This document shows positions 22,266 through 35,384 of a stretch of DNA of 64,000 bases, in pieces; position 1 is the first letter of the stretch; the number at the start of each line of letters is the position of its first letter. The stretch is taken from assembly GCA_025594325.1 (NCBI GenBank), contig JANHCV010000007.1, positions 1,240,001-1,304,000 of the forward strand. The letters run 5' to 3'. Under the pieces are notes generated by a model, which saw nothing but the letters and a program-made list of their open reading frames with translations, searched no databases and was not told the DNA's origin. A program made the translations under genes and the position numbers. The DNA is from Blastocladiella emersonii ATCC 22665 (lineage: Eukaryota; Fungi; Blastocladiomycota).

Positions 22266-25200
22266 ATGGCGTCGGAACCCCGAGGACCGCCACCCGCCAC
22301 CGCCGGCATGCCGCCACCATCCACGCCCTCGCCGTCGCCGTTTGCGGCAGCGGCGGCACCCGCGCCCGCATCGCCGACCGTCGGATCGGCGCCATCGCCC
22401 AGCCTGCGCTGTACGTTGCGTCGAACGCTCTTGCTTGCCCATGGCGTCGTGTCTCACCTCACCCGCCCGTGCTGCGCGTGTCTGTAGACCTGCAGCGCGC
22501 GTCGCTCCCGGCACTCGACACGTCGTCGCCGCTCGGCACCGTCAGCCGGACCGGTTCCGAGCACGCCGGCACGCTCCCGCTGCCACCAGCTGCGCTCGCC
22601 GCGGCGCCCGCGGCGGCGCCCGCGACGGCCCGCCAGCGTACCGCGCTGTTCGAGGTCGGCCTCGGCCCGCGCCTCGAGCTCGACCAGGTCTACTGGAACG
22701 GCCTGCACGCGCTGCACCGCTTCGACGTGCGCAACGTCACCGCCGAGCCCATCGTCGTGCGCCTCCGCAGCAACCTCGCCGGCCAGGTCGCGTTCCAGCT
22801 CAATAACGAGAACTTGCCCGACTATGCCGATGAGGCCGAGGGAGGTGACGCGGACGCTGCTGCTGCTGCTGCGTCGTCGTCAGCGGCGGCTCCGGCAGCG
22901 GCATCCGCCGAGTCCGCGACCCCGACGTCTACCGCGCCATCGTCCGTGCCCAGCAGCTCGCGCGGCCGCGCCCGCGGCGCCAACGGGAACGCGCTCACCC
23001 CGCACCTCGCCGAGCCCGAGTTCCCGACCTACTCGGGCCCGCTCGTTCCGCCCTCGGCGCGCCGCCCGCCGCCCGCCCTCGCTTCCGCTTCGGCCTCGGT
23101 CGGTGGAAGCGCGCCCGGCACGTTCCGCCGTACCGGGCCCGGCTCCTCGTCCACGTCCTCCCTCGCGTCATCCTCGGCCTCGGGCATGTCGCTGTCCTCG
23201 TCCAGCGTCGACTCGCTCATGTTCGACCCCTTCGCCTCGTCCACGTCCTCGCTCGACGACTCCTCGACGGTTCTCCAACCGCCCGCCGTCCCGCCGCTCC
23301 CGACGGCGACGACGACGAGGGCTGCCGAGACGCCCGTCACGGCGCTGCCCCCGGCCACGCCGCGCGCCCCGCCGAACCCGCTTGCGCTCGTCTCTACCAC
23401 CAACACGGCCACCGCGGCCGCGCTCGGCGCCTACGCGTCTACCGGGTTCGGCGGCGCGCACGAGTTCAACCAGCTGTTCAATTTCGTCAACCACATTGAC
23501 GAGATCCGCCTCGATCCCGGCGAGTCGCGTAAGGTGATCCTTGCGTTCCTCCCCGAACCGACGCCGCCGGCGTCCACGGCCGCGGGGTCTGCGGGTGGGA
23601 ATGCGGGCGATGGCGCGTCGGTCGACGCCGACAAGCAGCCCGCGTCGAGCGTTGTGCCGTCAGGCGGACCGCCGCCTCTGCCCTCGTCGAGCGCGAGTGG
23701 AGCGAACGGCGGCGCCGACGACGACGCGTCCAGCACTTACGACTTTACCGAGGTCGCCGGCCTGCTCATGTTCTACGGGTACCGCACCGCTGCGCCCGCC
23801 GCCGCTGCAGCGTCCTGCGCCGACGAGCCCGCTGCTGCGACCGAGTCGCCGACCGAGCTCGTCCCGCGCACGCCCACCACTGCGACGACGACGTCGGGCA
23901 ACGGCGCGCCCGCGGCCAAGGCCGACTGCAACATCGTCGTCAAGCTCAAGGCGCGCGTGTGCAAGTCGGTGCTGTGGACCGATGTCGCGCACCAGGGCCT
24001 CCTGTTCGAGGACTGCGTGCTCGGCGGCACCTTCATCCGCGACTTCACCGTGTGGAACCGGTCCGAGATCGACCTGTACTGGACCCTCAACACGGCCGAC
24101 GTCTCGCACGCGCTCACGTTCACGGACTACAATACTGGTACGACTTTTCGGGATGGGGGAGAGTGGGACGGGACGAGACTGGTGCTGACTTTCGCGGTGT
24201 AGGCGAGCCGCTCGATACGACCAAGCCGATCCCGGCGTACTCGTACTGCCGCGTGCACGTCACGTACAAACCGAAACACCTGGGCGACTTCAGCTACGAC
24301 ATCCAGCTCGAGAACGCCAACGACGCCGAGAACGTCGAGGTGGCCCGCATCCACTGCGTCGTCCGGTCCGCCCTGCGCGACGAGTCCCTCGTCGTCCTCA
24401 GCGGCCACCAGCTCGACTTTGGCGACGTGTGCGCCGGCCAGTGGAACACGGCCAACCTCGTCCTCAAAAACGTCTCCGAGTCGCCCATGGAGGTCAAGTT
24501 CGCCTGCGAGGGCGCCGCCGCCGCCGACGTCCTCTTCAACGTCCTCCACCCGGCCTCGCTCGCCGACGCGTTCCTCGACCAGCCCGCGCCGACCGAGCGA
24601 CGTGCGACCGCCGCTTCGTCGCACGGGTACCCGCGCGGCAGCGCGACCACGGGTGGTGGGGGTACCGAGTCGGACGCGTACGCTGGCAGCTCCGGCGCCG
24701 CCGCGCTCGGCCACGGCGCGCCGACCGACGAGAACGGGAGCGAGGGCGACCCCGCGACCGCCGGGTTCGGCGCGCTCGGCCCGCTGGGGCTCGGCCTCGG
24801 CCTCGGGCTCACGGGCGACCAGCTCGCCAACGGCGGCACCGGCGGCAACGCGCGCCACCTCGCCGCCGCAGCCGCCGCCGGGCTCGGCGCCGACTGGGCC
24901 AACGCGCACCTGTTCCGCACCTCGTCGGCCTCGTCGCGCACCTCGTCGCCTATCCCGTCGCGGTCCGTCTCCGTCGACGTCTCGCTCGCCGACCTCGCCG
25001 CGGCCGCCGCCCGGTCCGGCATGCTCGGCAGCGTGCCGCCGATCCCGCCCGTCCCCGCGCTCCCGCCTCCGCCCACGGCGGTCGCGGCGCGGCGCGGGAC
25101 CGCGGTCTCGGCCCTTGCGGACGACGATGACGACGACTCGGATTCCGAGTCCATGGTCTCGACGCGCTCGATGCGGTCCGCCGGGTCGGCGATCGCGAAC

Positions 25201-28200
25201 GGCGGGCTCGGCGGGCACGCCACCGCGCTCATGCTCGGCGGGACCGGCGCGCCCGGCAGCACGCCCGCCAGCGGCGCCGTGTCCATGGGGTCCTCGGCTG
25301 CGGCCGCCGCCGTCGCGACCGCTGGGCCCGGCGGGATCCTCTCGGGCAGCATGGGCCTGTTCGCCGCCGCGGCCAACGCCGGCATGCTCATGAACGGCGG
25401 GTCCACGAGCGACCTGACCGGCACGCCGACGGGGACCAGCGCCGCGGGGAACGGCGCCGCGTCCAACGGCGGGCGCGGCGGCAGCAGCAGCGCGGGTGTT
25501 GTGAGCCCGCCGCGGCGCCGCGGCCCGCAGCACATCGAGGAGCTCGTGCTCAAGCCGGGCGCCGAGCGGACCATTGTGGTGTCGTACAACCCGGAGAAGG
25601 CCGGGTCCGCGACCGACTTCAACGCCGGGTCGCTCGTCAAGCGGTCGTTCCGCGTGGTGCTGCAGCACGACCGCGAGCGCAAGGTGATCCAGTGCAAGGC
25701 GCGCACGTGTACGTCGTTCATTGCCGTGGCGCCCAACGTGGTCTCGTTCGGCGACACGGATGTCGGCACGCTCAAGTCGCAGCCCGTCCGCATCACCAAC
25801 CTGTCGGACATTGCCGCGCGCGTCTCGCTCGCGTTCGCGTCCAAGGTGCTCAGCTGCCACCGCGACGAGATCCGCATCGCGCCGCGCCAGTCGGTCGAGG
25901 TCAAGATCGATATCTACCCGCGCAAGGTCAACCCGGACTACCGCAAGCAGATCACGGTCATGAACCTGCTCAACCGCGACAACGACCAGATCGTCGAGGT
26001 CCGGTCGACCAACATCGACAAGCAGCGCATCACCTGGCACTCGTTCTTCTACCGCATCATGACGCCCAGCTCGACCAACTACCTCGACTTCGGGTGTGTT
26101 GTCGGCAACCACTACGCGCTCCGCACCTTCAACGTCCAGAACATCTCCAACGCCAACCTCACCCTGCACATCACGTCGTCCTCCGAAAACGTGTTCCTGT
26201 ACCTCAAGCGCCGCACCGCCGGCCCGCGGCTCCCCGACCTCGCCGCTAAGAAGCTCATGCTCGGCGCCATCGCCGACCGAAAGACTATCAAGCGCACCCA
26301 CTCCGAGTCGCTCGTCGCCGCTACCGCCGCCGCCGGCACGCCCGCGTACCTCGACCTCGCCGTGTCGAAAAAGTCGGCCGCGGCCGCAGCAGCGGCGATC
26401 GCCACCTCGCCGTCCTCGGTCGCGGCCGCGGTCGCCAACGCCTTGGGTAGCGCGGGGACCAGCGGCGCAGCGTCGGCAGCGACCACGCGGCCGTCGTCGG
26501 CGGCCCCCGCCCGCAACGACGCCACGAGCGCGTCCGCGACTGCAGTGGCTGGCACGTCGGCGGGCGCCACCACGGCGTCGTCCAGCGCGCTCAACGCGGC
26601 GGGTCTCCCCGCGGGCGGCAACCCGGGCACCGCGGCCAGCGTGACGAGCGGCGTGGACACGCCGTCCGACAGCGCGCAGGCGACGCCGACGGGCGCCAGC
26701 TCGGTCGACGAGGTGACGGGGATCCTGCAGCGGCTCAACATCGCGACGCTGCCGTCGTTCCCAGCCAACCTCGAGGCCAAGTTCGTCCGGCTCACCATGG
26801 CCCTGCGCAAGTCGCTCGACGCCCTGATCCGGTCCGGCGAGCTCGTGCCCATCACGGGCAACCGTATCACGATCCCGCCGAGGACCGAGGTCGAGTGCGT
26901 CGCCGTCCTCAACGCGCCCGGCGTCAAGGACCGCCGACGCAAGCTCGACGCGCGGCTCCTGTTCGCGCTCGTCGACTTTGACGCGTCGGCGCTCCCCACG
27001 TCGCAGACGGTGCTCCCCGTGCGCGAGTTCCTCGTGCGGTGCGTCGTGTGCCCGTCGGCGCTCGAGGTCGGGCAGCGCAACATCAACTTCGGGAACGTCG
27101 AGCTGCAGACGTCGATGCTCAAGACCATGGTCGTGCGCAACAAGTCGGACGTGCCGCTGCTGTACGCGATCAAGAAGTCGGGCAGCATCGCGTCGGGCGA
27201 CGTGGTCCTGCGCAACCGGCTCGGCGTGATCCCGCCGCACGGAGCCCGCGAGGTCTCGTTCACGTTCCAGCCCAGCATGCCCGGCCTCTTCTTCGAGAAG
27301 CTCACGGTCGAGAACGTCATGAACAACGAGGCGTCGCAGGTCATCTCGCTCAAGGCCAACGTCCGCAAACCCGACGCCTTCTCGATCCACACCGAGTCCA
27401 TTGACATGGGCGTCGTCATGGTCGGCGAGGCCTCGGCCGCGCGCATCATCACCCTGCACAACACCCACAAGCACCCGCGCTCGTTCACGGTGCGCGCCGG
27501 CGACGAGGACGCGGCCGACGGGTCCGGCGGCGCCAACGCCAACGCGCTCCAGTGGGAGTTCGCCGTCCTCTCTTCGGCCACCATGGAGCACGGCGTCCAG
27601 GACGCCGAGGAGAAGATCGAGGCGCTCGAGCAGAAGCTCAAGATCGCCAAGCGCAAGGGCCGCAAGGACAAGGTCGATAAGATCACCGAGACCATCTCCA
27701 AGCTGCGCCGCGGCGCCGAGTCGTTTGTCTCGACCGCGCAGGACGACGAGGAGGGCGGCAGCAGCGACGCCAAGTCCAAGTCGCCCGCCCCGACACCCGC
27801 GGCGCCCGTCGTCGCTCCTGCCCCCGCGACGACCACGTCCGAGCGCAAGGTCGGCACCCTCACGTTGCCCGTCGAGCCTTTCGCCATCATGCGCATTGCC
27901 GTCTACGTGCGCCCGCGCCCGTGGGCCGCCGTCAACACCAACCCGGACACGGCACCGCCGCCGTCGACGCCCGTCCCGTACTCCGGGTTCATCTACGTCC
28001 ACCAGCACCGCAACACGGACATGCTCAAGAGGGTCGCCTACTCGTGCACCGCGTGCTACGACCAGGCCGCGTTCGACGCCGCCCTCGCGTCGCTCGAGCC
28101 CGAGGTTGCCGCGGCGACCGTCGCGCACCGCGCCCGCACGCTCTCGGAGCACGGCGCCGCCGCCGCCGCGCGGTCCGTTGTCGCCTCCGAGTCGACCCCC

Positions 28201-31200
28201 GAGCTCGTGCAGCGCGGGCTCGAGGCGCCCAGTGCGCCGGTGGCACCCGCATCGCCCGTCCCCGCCGCCGTCTCCGCGTCGGCGGCCCCGCTGGCGCCTG
28301 CAGCGACCACGCCGAGTCCCACGGCATCCCAGCCACCTGCTCCACCGCAGCCGGCCTCGAGCGTCGCCCTCGAGACACCCGTTGTGGATGTCGGCAAGTT
28401 TGTGATTGGGCAGCCGAGCTCCTTTTATTTTGTTCTCGTGAACCCGGGCCCGGCGGCAGGCGAGTACTCGACCGACGATCCCGCCGTCGCGCCCGCCGAC
28501 CAGCGCGGTTCCGTTACGCCCGGCGAGCGCCGCATCATCAACGCGTCCGTCACTCCAACACGGAGCGGGCGCCAGTCGTACTCGGTCACGGTCGCGACGC
28601 CCGGCAGCGCGGCCGCCGCGCAGCACACGTTCACCGTTAACTTCACGGGCGTGTACCGCGAGGGCCTCTCGTTCGCCGTCGTCGAGTCGCCCGCGACCGG
28701 GTCCGTCGCCGCGGGACCCGTCGTGCAAGAAGTCGACCTCGGGTACTGCTACAACACGAAGCGGTTCGCGGTCCGCGCCATCGTCGTGATCACCAACACG
28801 ATGCCCGAGCGCGTCGCTGTCAGCGCGGCGAGCACCCTCGCGCAGCAGGTGACGGCGTTTGCTGACCCTGAGTGCACCGCGCCGCTCGCCGACGCAGTCC
28901 TCGACCCCGGCGCGCAGGTCCGCGCGTTCCTCGCCGTCATGCCCAACCTCGCCCAGCCCACGCTCGCCATGGGGAAAAAGTCGCTCGTCACGTTCGAGTC
29001 GCGCCACCTCGTCGGCGGGTTTAAGTTCACGTCGTCGACGGTGCCCTCCGCCGCGACGACGGCGGCTGATGCGGCAGTGCCTGTGCTGGCGCCGGTGGCG
29101 GCCGAGGAGATCTGCTCGCAGCATCTCAAGTTCCAGGCGGTCATCGGCCCGTCCGTGTTCTCCGTGTCGTCGACCTTCATCAACCTCGGCTGCGTCGCCG
29201 AGCTCGCCGAGATCGGGACCCAGGTCACCGTCATCAACCTCAGCGAGCGCATGCCGCTCCACTACACGGTGCACACGTCGAACCCGGACCTGATCAAGGT
29301 CCACGACTACCCGCCCGTCCTGCGCGGCGCCGCCTCGGGCTCTGCCGGGTCGCCCGACAGCCCGCTCCCGCCGCCGCTTGACACGACCACGTCGCCGCGC
29401 GCGTGCGTCTCGCTCACCGTGTGCCCGCGCGCGTTCGGGTACCTGTGCGAGACGATTTACATCACCAACGTCAACTGTCCCGACCAGGTCACGGCCGTCG
29501 TCGTCACGCTGCTAGTCGACCCGCGCACCATTTCGCTCCGCGCGCCCGCGTCGCTCCCCGCCGCGCCCGAGGCCGCCGGGTCGACCAATTCGCTCCCGCT
29601 CGTCCAATGGGATCACATTTACGTCCACCCGCCCGCGCCGTCGGCGGCCGTCGCTGCCGCTGCAGCGGGCACCCCTCTCCCGGCGCTCGTCAAGGCGACG
29701 GCGGCTGCGGACGACGTGGCCGTGCGCTCGCTGCACTTGACCAACCGCACCGACCGCATGCTCCGCCTCGTCATGTACAGTGACTCGCTCGTCTCGCTCA
29801 CGGCCGAGCCCGCCGACGGCGTCATGATCGACGCGCCCGCGACCGCGTCCGAGCTCGCGCAGACGATCCCGCTGCTCGGTGGCCGCGGCCAGCTGTGCGG
29901 CCCCGTCATCACGGTCGCACCCGGCGTCGAGTGGTCGTGCAACGTCGCTGCTCCCGCGCCGCCCGCGCAGCTGTCCGACGACGACCTGCAGACGCTCCAG
30001 CTCGGCAAGACCGTCAAGGTCCGCGGCGTGCTTGCGCTGTGCGACCTCGACGCGCTCGCCGCGGACCAGCACGATGCGCACTCGTCCGCCGTCGTGGTCA
30101 AGGTCGTCGAGCTGATCGGCTACTACTGCATCTCGCGCGTCGAGCTCGCGGCGCCCGCCAAGCCGCCCGTCGCGGTGCAGGTCCGCCGCGGCGACCGCAC
30201 CACGTTCAGCGTCACGGTCAAAAACACGGCGTCTTGCCCAACGCGCCTGTGCGTCGGCGCCAGCACGCCCGCGATCCAGTACCTCGGACCCGACACGCTC
30301 GAGCTCGAGGCGTTTGCGTCGCTCGAGGTCGAGTTTGCCGTCGAGACGACCGGGCTCGCGAGCGGCGTCCACGACTGGTCCGTGACGCTGACCAACCTCA
30401 ACAACGCGGCCAACGAGCTCGTGGTCCCTGTCACGGCCAAGATCACGTCGCTCGACCTGACGGTCGCGGGCCGCGACCTCGACGAGAGCAACGTGCTCAC
30501 GCTGCCGTCGCTGCTCGTCCCGAACCTCGCCGGGTCGCAGATCGACAGCTGGTTCACGCTCGGCAACCCGACGGCGGCCGAGGTCCGGTTCACGGTCGGC
30601 GTCGAGCTGATCCAGCCGCTCACACCGTTTGTGCAGCTGCACGTGCTGAGCCGGTTCTCCAACTCGCCCATCAACTGGCTGACGCTGCCCGCGAACGGCA
30701 GCATCGAGGTCAAGGTCAAGGCCGTGACGCGCGACGGCGCCAAGCTGTCGGCCGAGAACTGCCCGCGGTGGCTGCTCGACGAGCGCGGGATCCAGATCGG
30801 CCAGGTGTCGGTCGAGAACGACGCGGGCCGGTTTCTCGTCCCGATCCGCGCGCAGCTCGTCGAGCAGTCGTGCTTCGAGGTGGACGCTGCGGTCCTGCAG
30901 CTCGTCGAGGGCGCCGCGCCCGCCACGCTCACCGTGACCAACCTGTCGCCGCACCACCCGCTCAACCTGAACCTCGGGCTCGAGTTCCTCCACGACGTGA
31001 GCACGTGCGAGGTCCGCCACCCCGAGTCGGTGCAGGTGCCCGCCGGGTCGACCGCCGCGGTCCCCGTCCAGCTCCTGCGGTCCGAGTTCACCGAGGCCGG
31101 CGACGCGCTCGTGCTGCACCTCCAGGACGCCGACAGCACCCGCCAGCACCGCAAGTCGGTCCGGTTGCGGTTCACCGAGGTCGTGCCCATGTCCGTCGTC

Positions 31201-33306
31201 TCATCGCCCACCGCCGACGAGGCGCCCGCGGACGCGTCGCTGCTCGCGGCGGGCTTGAGCGGCGGTGGCGCCGCGCCCTCGACGCCCGGCTCTGTGACAT
31301 TGGGCGGCGGCGGCAGCAGCGGACTCGCTGGCAACGGCAGCACCGTCGCTGCTTCTGCTGCGGGCGGCGGGAGCGCGGTTGCCGGCGACACGGGCGACTT
31401 TCTCGTCATCAAGGGCTGCTCGAAGCGCGGCCGCCTGTACGACCTCGATCTCGGGCAGCAGGACCTCGGTGCGGCGGCGACCGTCACGCGCAAGCTGGTC
31501 ATTGAGCTGCACCGCCCCGTCAAGTGCTCGTACCGGCTCCGCGCGGCGACGCCCGACTGCGCCGAGTGGCTGTCGCTCAGCCGCGCCGAGGGCACGCTCG
31601 ACCCGGCGGGCGTGCGCAGCCAGGCCGTGACGCTGTCGTTCAGCACCAACGTGCGCAACGTGTTCTCAACGTACCTGGTGCTCGAGAACCTCGACTTCCC
31701 GCACGACGTCAAGTACATCAAGGTGTCGCTCGAGGTTTTGGCGCGCGTCAACGTGCGCAAGGCGCGCGCCTTCGACCTCGTGTGCAACGGGCTCGACGAC
31801 TCGCCCACCATTGCGTACGAGAACGTCTTCTATGGCCAGGAGTACTCGTCGCGGTCGTTTACGATCGTCAACCGCGAGGCGATCCCGCTCGAGTTCACGT
31901 TCAAGCTCGCGGGCCTGCCGGCCACGGACCGCACCGAGGTGCTCTTCTCCACGTCCAAGTCGATCCCGAAGCTGTTCAAGACGGTCGTGGTCCCCGCCGA
32001 GTCGTCGACCCGCGTGTACCTCCGCCTGCGCCCGATGCGCGACCCGAACGGCCGCATGGTGCGCGCCGACGAGTATGCGGGCGCTACCACCGCCGCGGCA
32101 GGCGCGGGTACGACGCTGGTGTCTCCGCTGACGGCAGCAGCAGCCGCGTCGTCGTCGCGACCCGGCTCGCCCGAGACGTTCCTCGCGCCGCCATTGCTCG
32201 CCGACGGCGCCGGCGGGATGTCGCCGCTCCCCATGAGCCCCGTCACCGCCGCCGCGGCGCAGCAGCACTGGACCGCGGCGCAGCAGCACTGGACCGCGGC
32301 GCCGTTCACGGCCGACCCGGCCGACTCCGACCCATTGTCATCACAGCAGCAACAGCCGCCCGCGCTCACGTTCCCCGAGCTCGAGATCAAGGAGTTTGAC
32401 ATCATCGTCAACTGCCGGCTCGTGCGCGACTACCAGCAGATGATCCGCGTGTCGGCGACGTGCATGGCGCCAAGCATGCACATATCGGCGTCCGACGTGA
32501 CGGTGGCGGCGACGCTCGCGGCCGACGGCGCCTCGCTCATGTGCCCCGAGCCGTCGCAGGACCTGGTCGTGACCAACGTCAGCGGCGACGCGCGGCCGCT
32601 CGACCTGCAGGTCATGTCGGACATTCAGCTGTTCACGGTCGAGGTCGAGGGCGGGCAGCCCAACGCCCCGCTCACGCTCGCGCCCGGCGCGTCGATCCGC
32701 GTGCGCGTCACGCTCAACGGCGACGAGGCGGCGCGGCAGATCGACACGCTGCGGCGCGAAAAGTACTTCCAGGGGTACTTTGTCGTGTACAACCGCGGCA
32801 TGTGCCACGAGCGCACCTTCGTGACGGTCAAGCTGTCGCTCGGGTACCTGCCGACATTCAGCCTCGTGTGGTGGACCGGGCAGCGGTCGGCGACGTTCAG
32901 CGCGCTCGAGGCGCGCGTCGTCGAGTGCCTGCGGTGCGCCAACGCGGAGCCGTCGGCGCTGCTCCTGCAGGCGCAGCCGTGGCCGTGGCCCGGGTCGTGG
33001 CGCGCGGCAGTCGCAAGTGGCGCCGCCGGATACGACGAATTTTATTTCGCCGTCCGGTTCGCCGTCGACCAGCTCGTGTACATGGCGACGATCAGCACCG
33101 CGTCGGACCACGTCCTGCAGCTCGCGGCGCTCTTCTTCTCGGGGCTCATGGCGCACTACGACCCGGCGCTGCCCGGCGTGTGGCTCGACACGCTGCGCTA
33201 CTTCCTGACCTTCTTCACGGCGCCGCACCCGGTCATCGACTCGCTGCGGCGGCTGTACCTCTTCCGCGTCGGCCAGCAGCAGCAGCAGGGCGGCGGCGCC
33301 GTGTGA
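22266..33306 (+). CDS. Giant (~3,600 aa) protein of tandem Ig-like (ASH/PapD-like) beta-sandwich domains separated by Ala/Ser/Gly-rich linkers, 3 exons
   Basis: Exon 1 from ATG 22266, with introns ~22412-22487 and ~24138-24201 joining ORFs 22061-24202 and 23959-33306. Recurrent [LI]xFG[DN]...[VI]xNxS motifs (LDFGDVCAG..LKNVSE, VSFGDTDVG..ITNLSD, LDFGCVV..VQNISN, INFGNVEL..VRNKSD). Strong C/G third-position bias. Confidence 0.8.
32252..32301 (+). repeat. In-frame 21-bp tandem duplication (AAQQHWT x2) inside the giant gene
   Basis: CCGCGGCGCAGCAGCACTGGA occurs twice in perfect tandem. Confidence 0.85.
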
Positions 33307-33621
33307 TCCGCGCCCGCACCCGCTTTTTGACGACCTCCTCTTTTCCTCCCCCCTCCTCCCTGTCTCCATTCATCCCGCGTTTCTCTCTCCCTCCCTCTCT
33401 ACCTCCCGCATGTACCTGATAAACTGAGATATATCCATCCATCACGTAGCCCAACAGCATGACGCGTTCCGAGTGAAACCGCCACGCACGCGTTCTGACC
33501 AACGCGCACGCGCCGCTGAGCCCTCGGTCCCCCGCCACGTTCGCCGACGCAAACGAATGAATCTGTCTCTTGCTGCTTTGACATCAGGACTTGCTGCAAA
33601 GTAACTGCGTACCTCGGCACC

Positions 33622-35179
33622 ATGGATTGCCCGAACGCCGCTCGCTTTGCTCGCACACGGAGTCAGGCTCGCGCTGCCACGTCAGCGCCCGGGTCTGATT
33701 TGCCCGAACTGCGCCGCTCGAAGCGCCCTCGGACCAGCTCGGCCGTTAGCGCCGGTGTTACCGTCGAATTGGATCTCAAGCCGCCGCACCAACGAGCGAA
33801 CTCTAGTGATGCGAGCCGTGCTGCTGCTTCCGCTGTCACGCTGCTGACCGACGGCGAGTCGGACTTTGCTGAACTTGAGCCCCGCCGGCGCATTGGTCCT
33901 GCTTCTCGAACACAGCTCAACAAGCGGATGCGTGGTGGCGACATTGTGATCGAGTTACCGGCCTTCTCTCGCTTGTCAAAGAACGGGGTCCGGTCGGGGC
34001 TGGGTCTCGCTTCCGCTTCTGTCGCCAGGCCCACCTTCGACGCAGTTGCGTTTGACGTCAGCAACCTTCCGCTCGCGGAACCGGCCGCTTCGAAGTCACC
34101 ATTGGAGCTACCCGAGGACCCGCGGTCCAACGTAAACGTGCGCACGCACGACGTGGCCCGCCCCTCTGATGAAAGCTCGCTCTCGGATTTGTCTGATCAC
34201 GAGCTCGACGCATCTACTGATGACAGCGAGGCGATTGCTGCTGTTCAAACACACTCACCCGAGGCGCGGGACATGGTACGACTTTGCGACATTCACCGCC
34301 GCCGCCCGCTTGTGCTGACAGCTCTCGTATACCCAGTCGGCCCGTGAGACGGACTCGGCACTGGATAGCTCTACGGATCCGTCAGTTTCTTCGCCTCATG
34401 CAAATGTCGCGCAACTTACAGCGGCCGTCGAACCCGTTGTTGTCGTCGCTTCCCCTGTCGCGCCTGTCGACGACGTACTTGCCGCTCAACTCGCCATACT
34501 TGAAGCAGAGTCCGCTGCTCACCGATCATCGCTTGCCAAGGAGCTCGCCGAGCATCGCACAACGCTTGACCGTGAGACTTCCTCCCATCGAGCTTCGCTG
34601 GCCCAAGAACTCGAGGCGCATCGCGCGGCGCTTCACGACGAGGCTACTACGCACCGTGCGACGCTTGCTCAGGAACGCGCCGTGCACCGCCTCGCTCTTG
34701 AAGAGGAACGCGGCGCGCTCCAGGCTTCACTCGAAGAGGAGCGGAACTCGCACCGCGCGGGACTCGAGGCGGAGCGTGCCGAACATCACGCTGTACTTCA
34801 TCGTGAGATTGCCGCGCACCGCGCGACTCTCCAGGCAGAGCGCGCCGTGCAGAACGCGATGCTCGAACGCAAGTTGTCTGAGCAAAGTGCAGCGCTCGAG
34901 GCGGAGTACGCGGCGCGTCGTGCTTCGCTGGAGACCGAGTGGGTCAAGCAGCGGGCCGCCTTCGAAGCCCAGCTTGCCTCGCGCGACGCGACGCTCAACA
35001 ACGAGCGGTCTATGCACCAGGTCGCGCTCGGGACGGAGCGCGCCAACCATCGCGCGGCACTTGACGAGGAGCACAGCGCACATCGCGCGACGCGCGACGA
35101 GCGGGATCGACTGGCTGCCAAAGTCACGGCCGTTGCAGCCATGTCAGGAGCGATTGTAGCGATGTGTCGCGCCGACTGA
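33622..35179 (+). CDS. Island-2 paralog C1: basic/Ser-rich head + 11-residue-repeat coiled coil, ends AMCRAD, 2 exons
   Basis: A GTACGA...GCTGAC...CCCAG intron (~34277-34336) joins ORF 33622-34347 to the frame of 34682-35179. Motifs SKRPR and SLSDLSD. About 18 ExAxHRAxLxx units. Confidence 0.72.
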
Positions 35180-35384
35180 GAGCATCGTATTAATGCTATC
35201 GTGATTCATACCGCTCAATCGGCCTCTCGAGCGTCCCTTGCACTCAGCGAACGAACCCCTGACTTGCGCACTCGCTCTGCCTTCAGCTCCTCCTCCCTCC
35301 ACCTTGCACTCTCACGTAAACACATGCATTTGCCACGCACGGCACTTCCCGCAATTTATTGATGCAAGCTATCTGAGCAACCTT

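Noticed and set aside
24127-29304. 1,725-aa minus-strand ORF, and similar long antisense or alternate-frame ORFs (17030-19474, 19398-21080, 11745-13487, 59985-61865, 60266-62401, 50020-51609)
   Set aside because: Shadow ORFs opposite real genes. High GC3 suppresses stops in antisense and alternate frames, and the translations are R/G/A-rich with no motifs.
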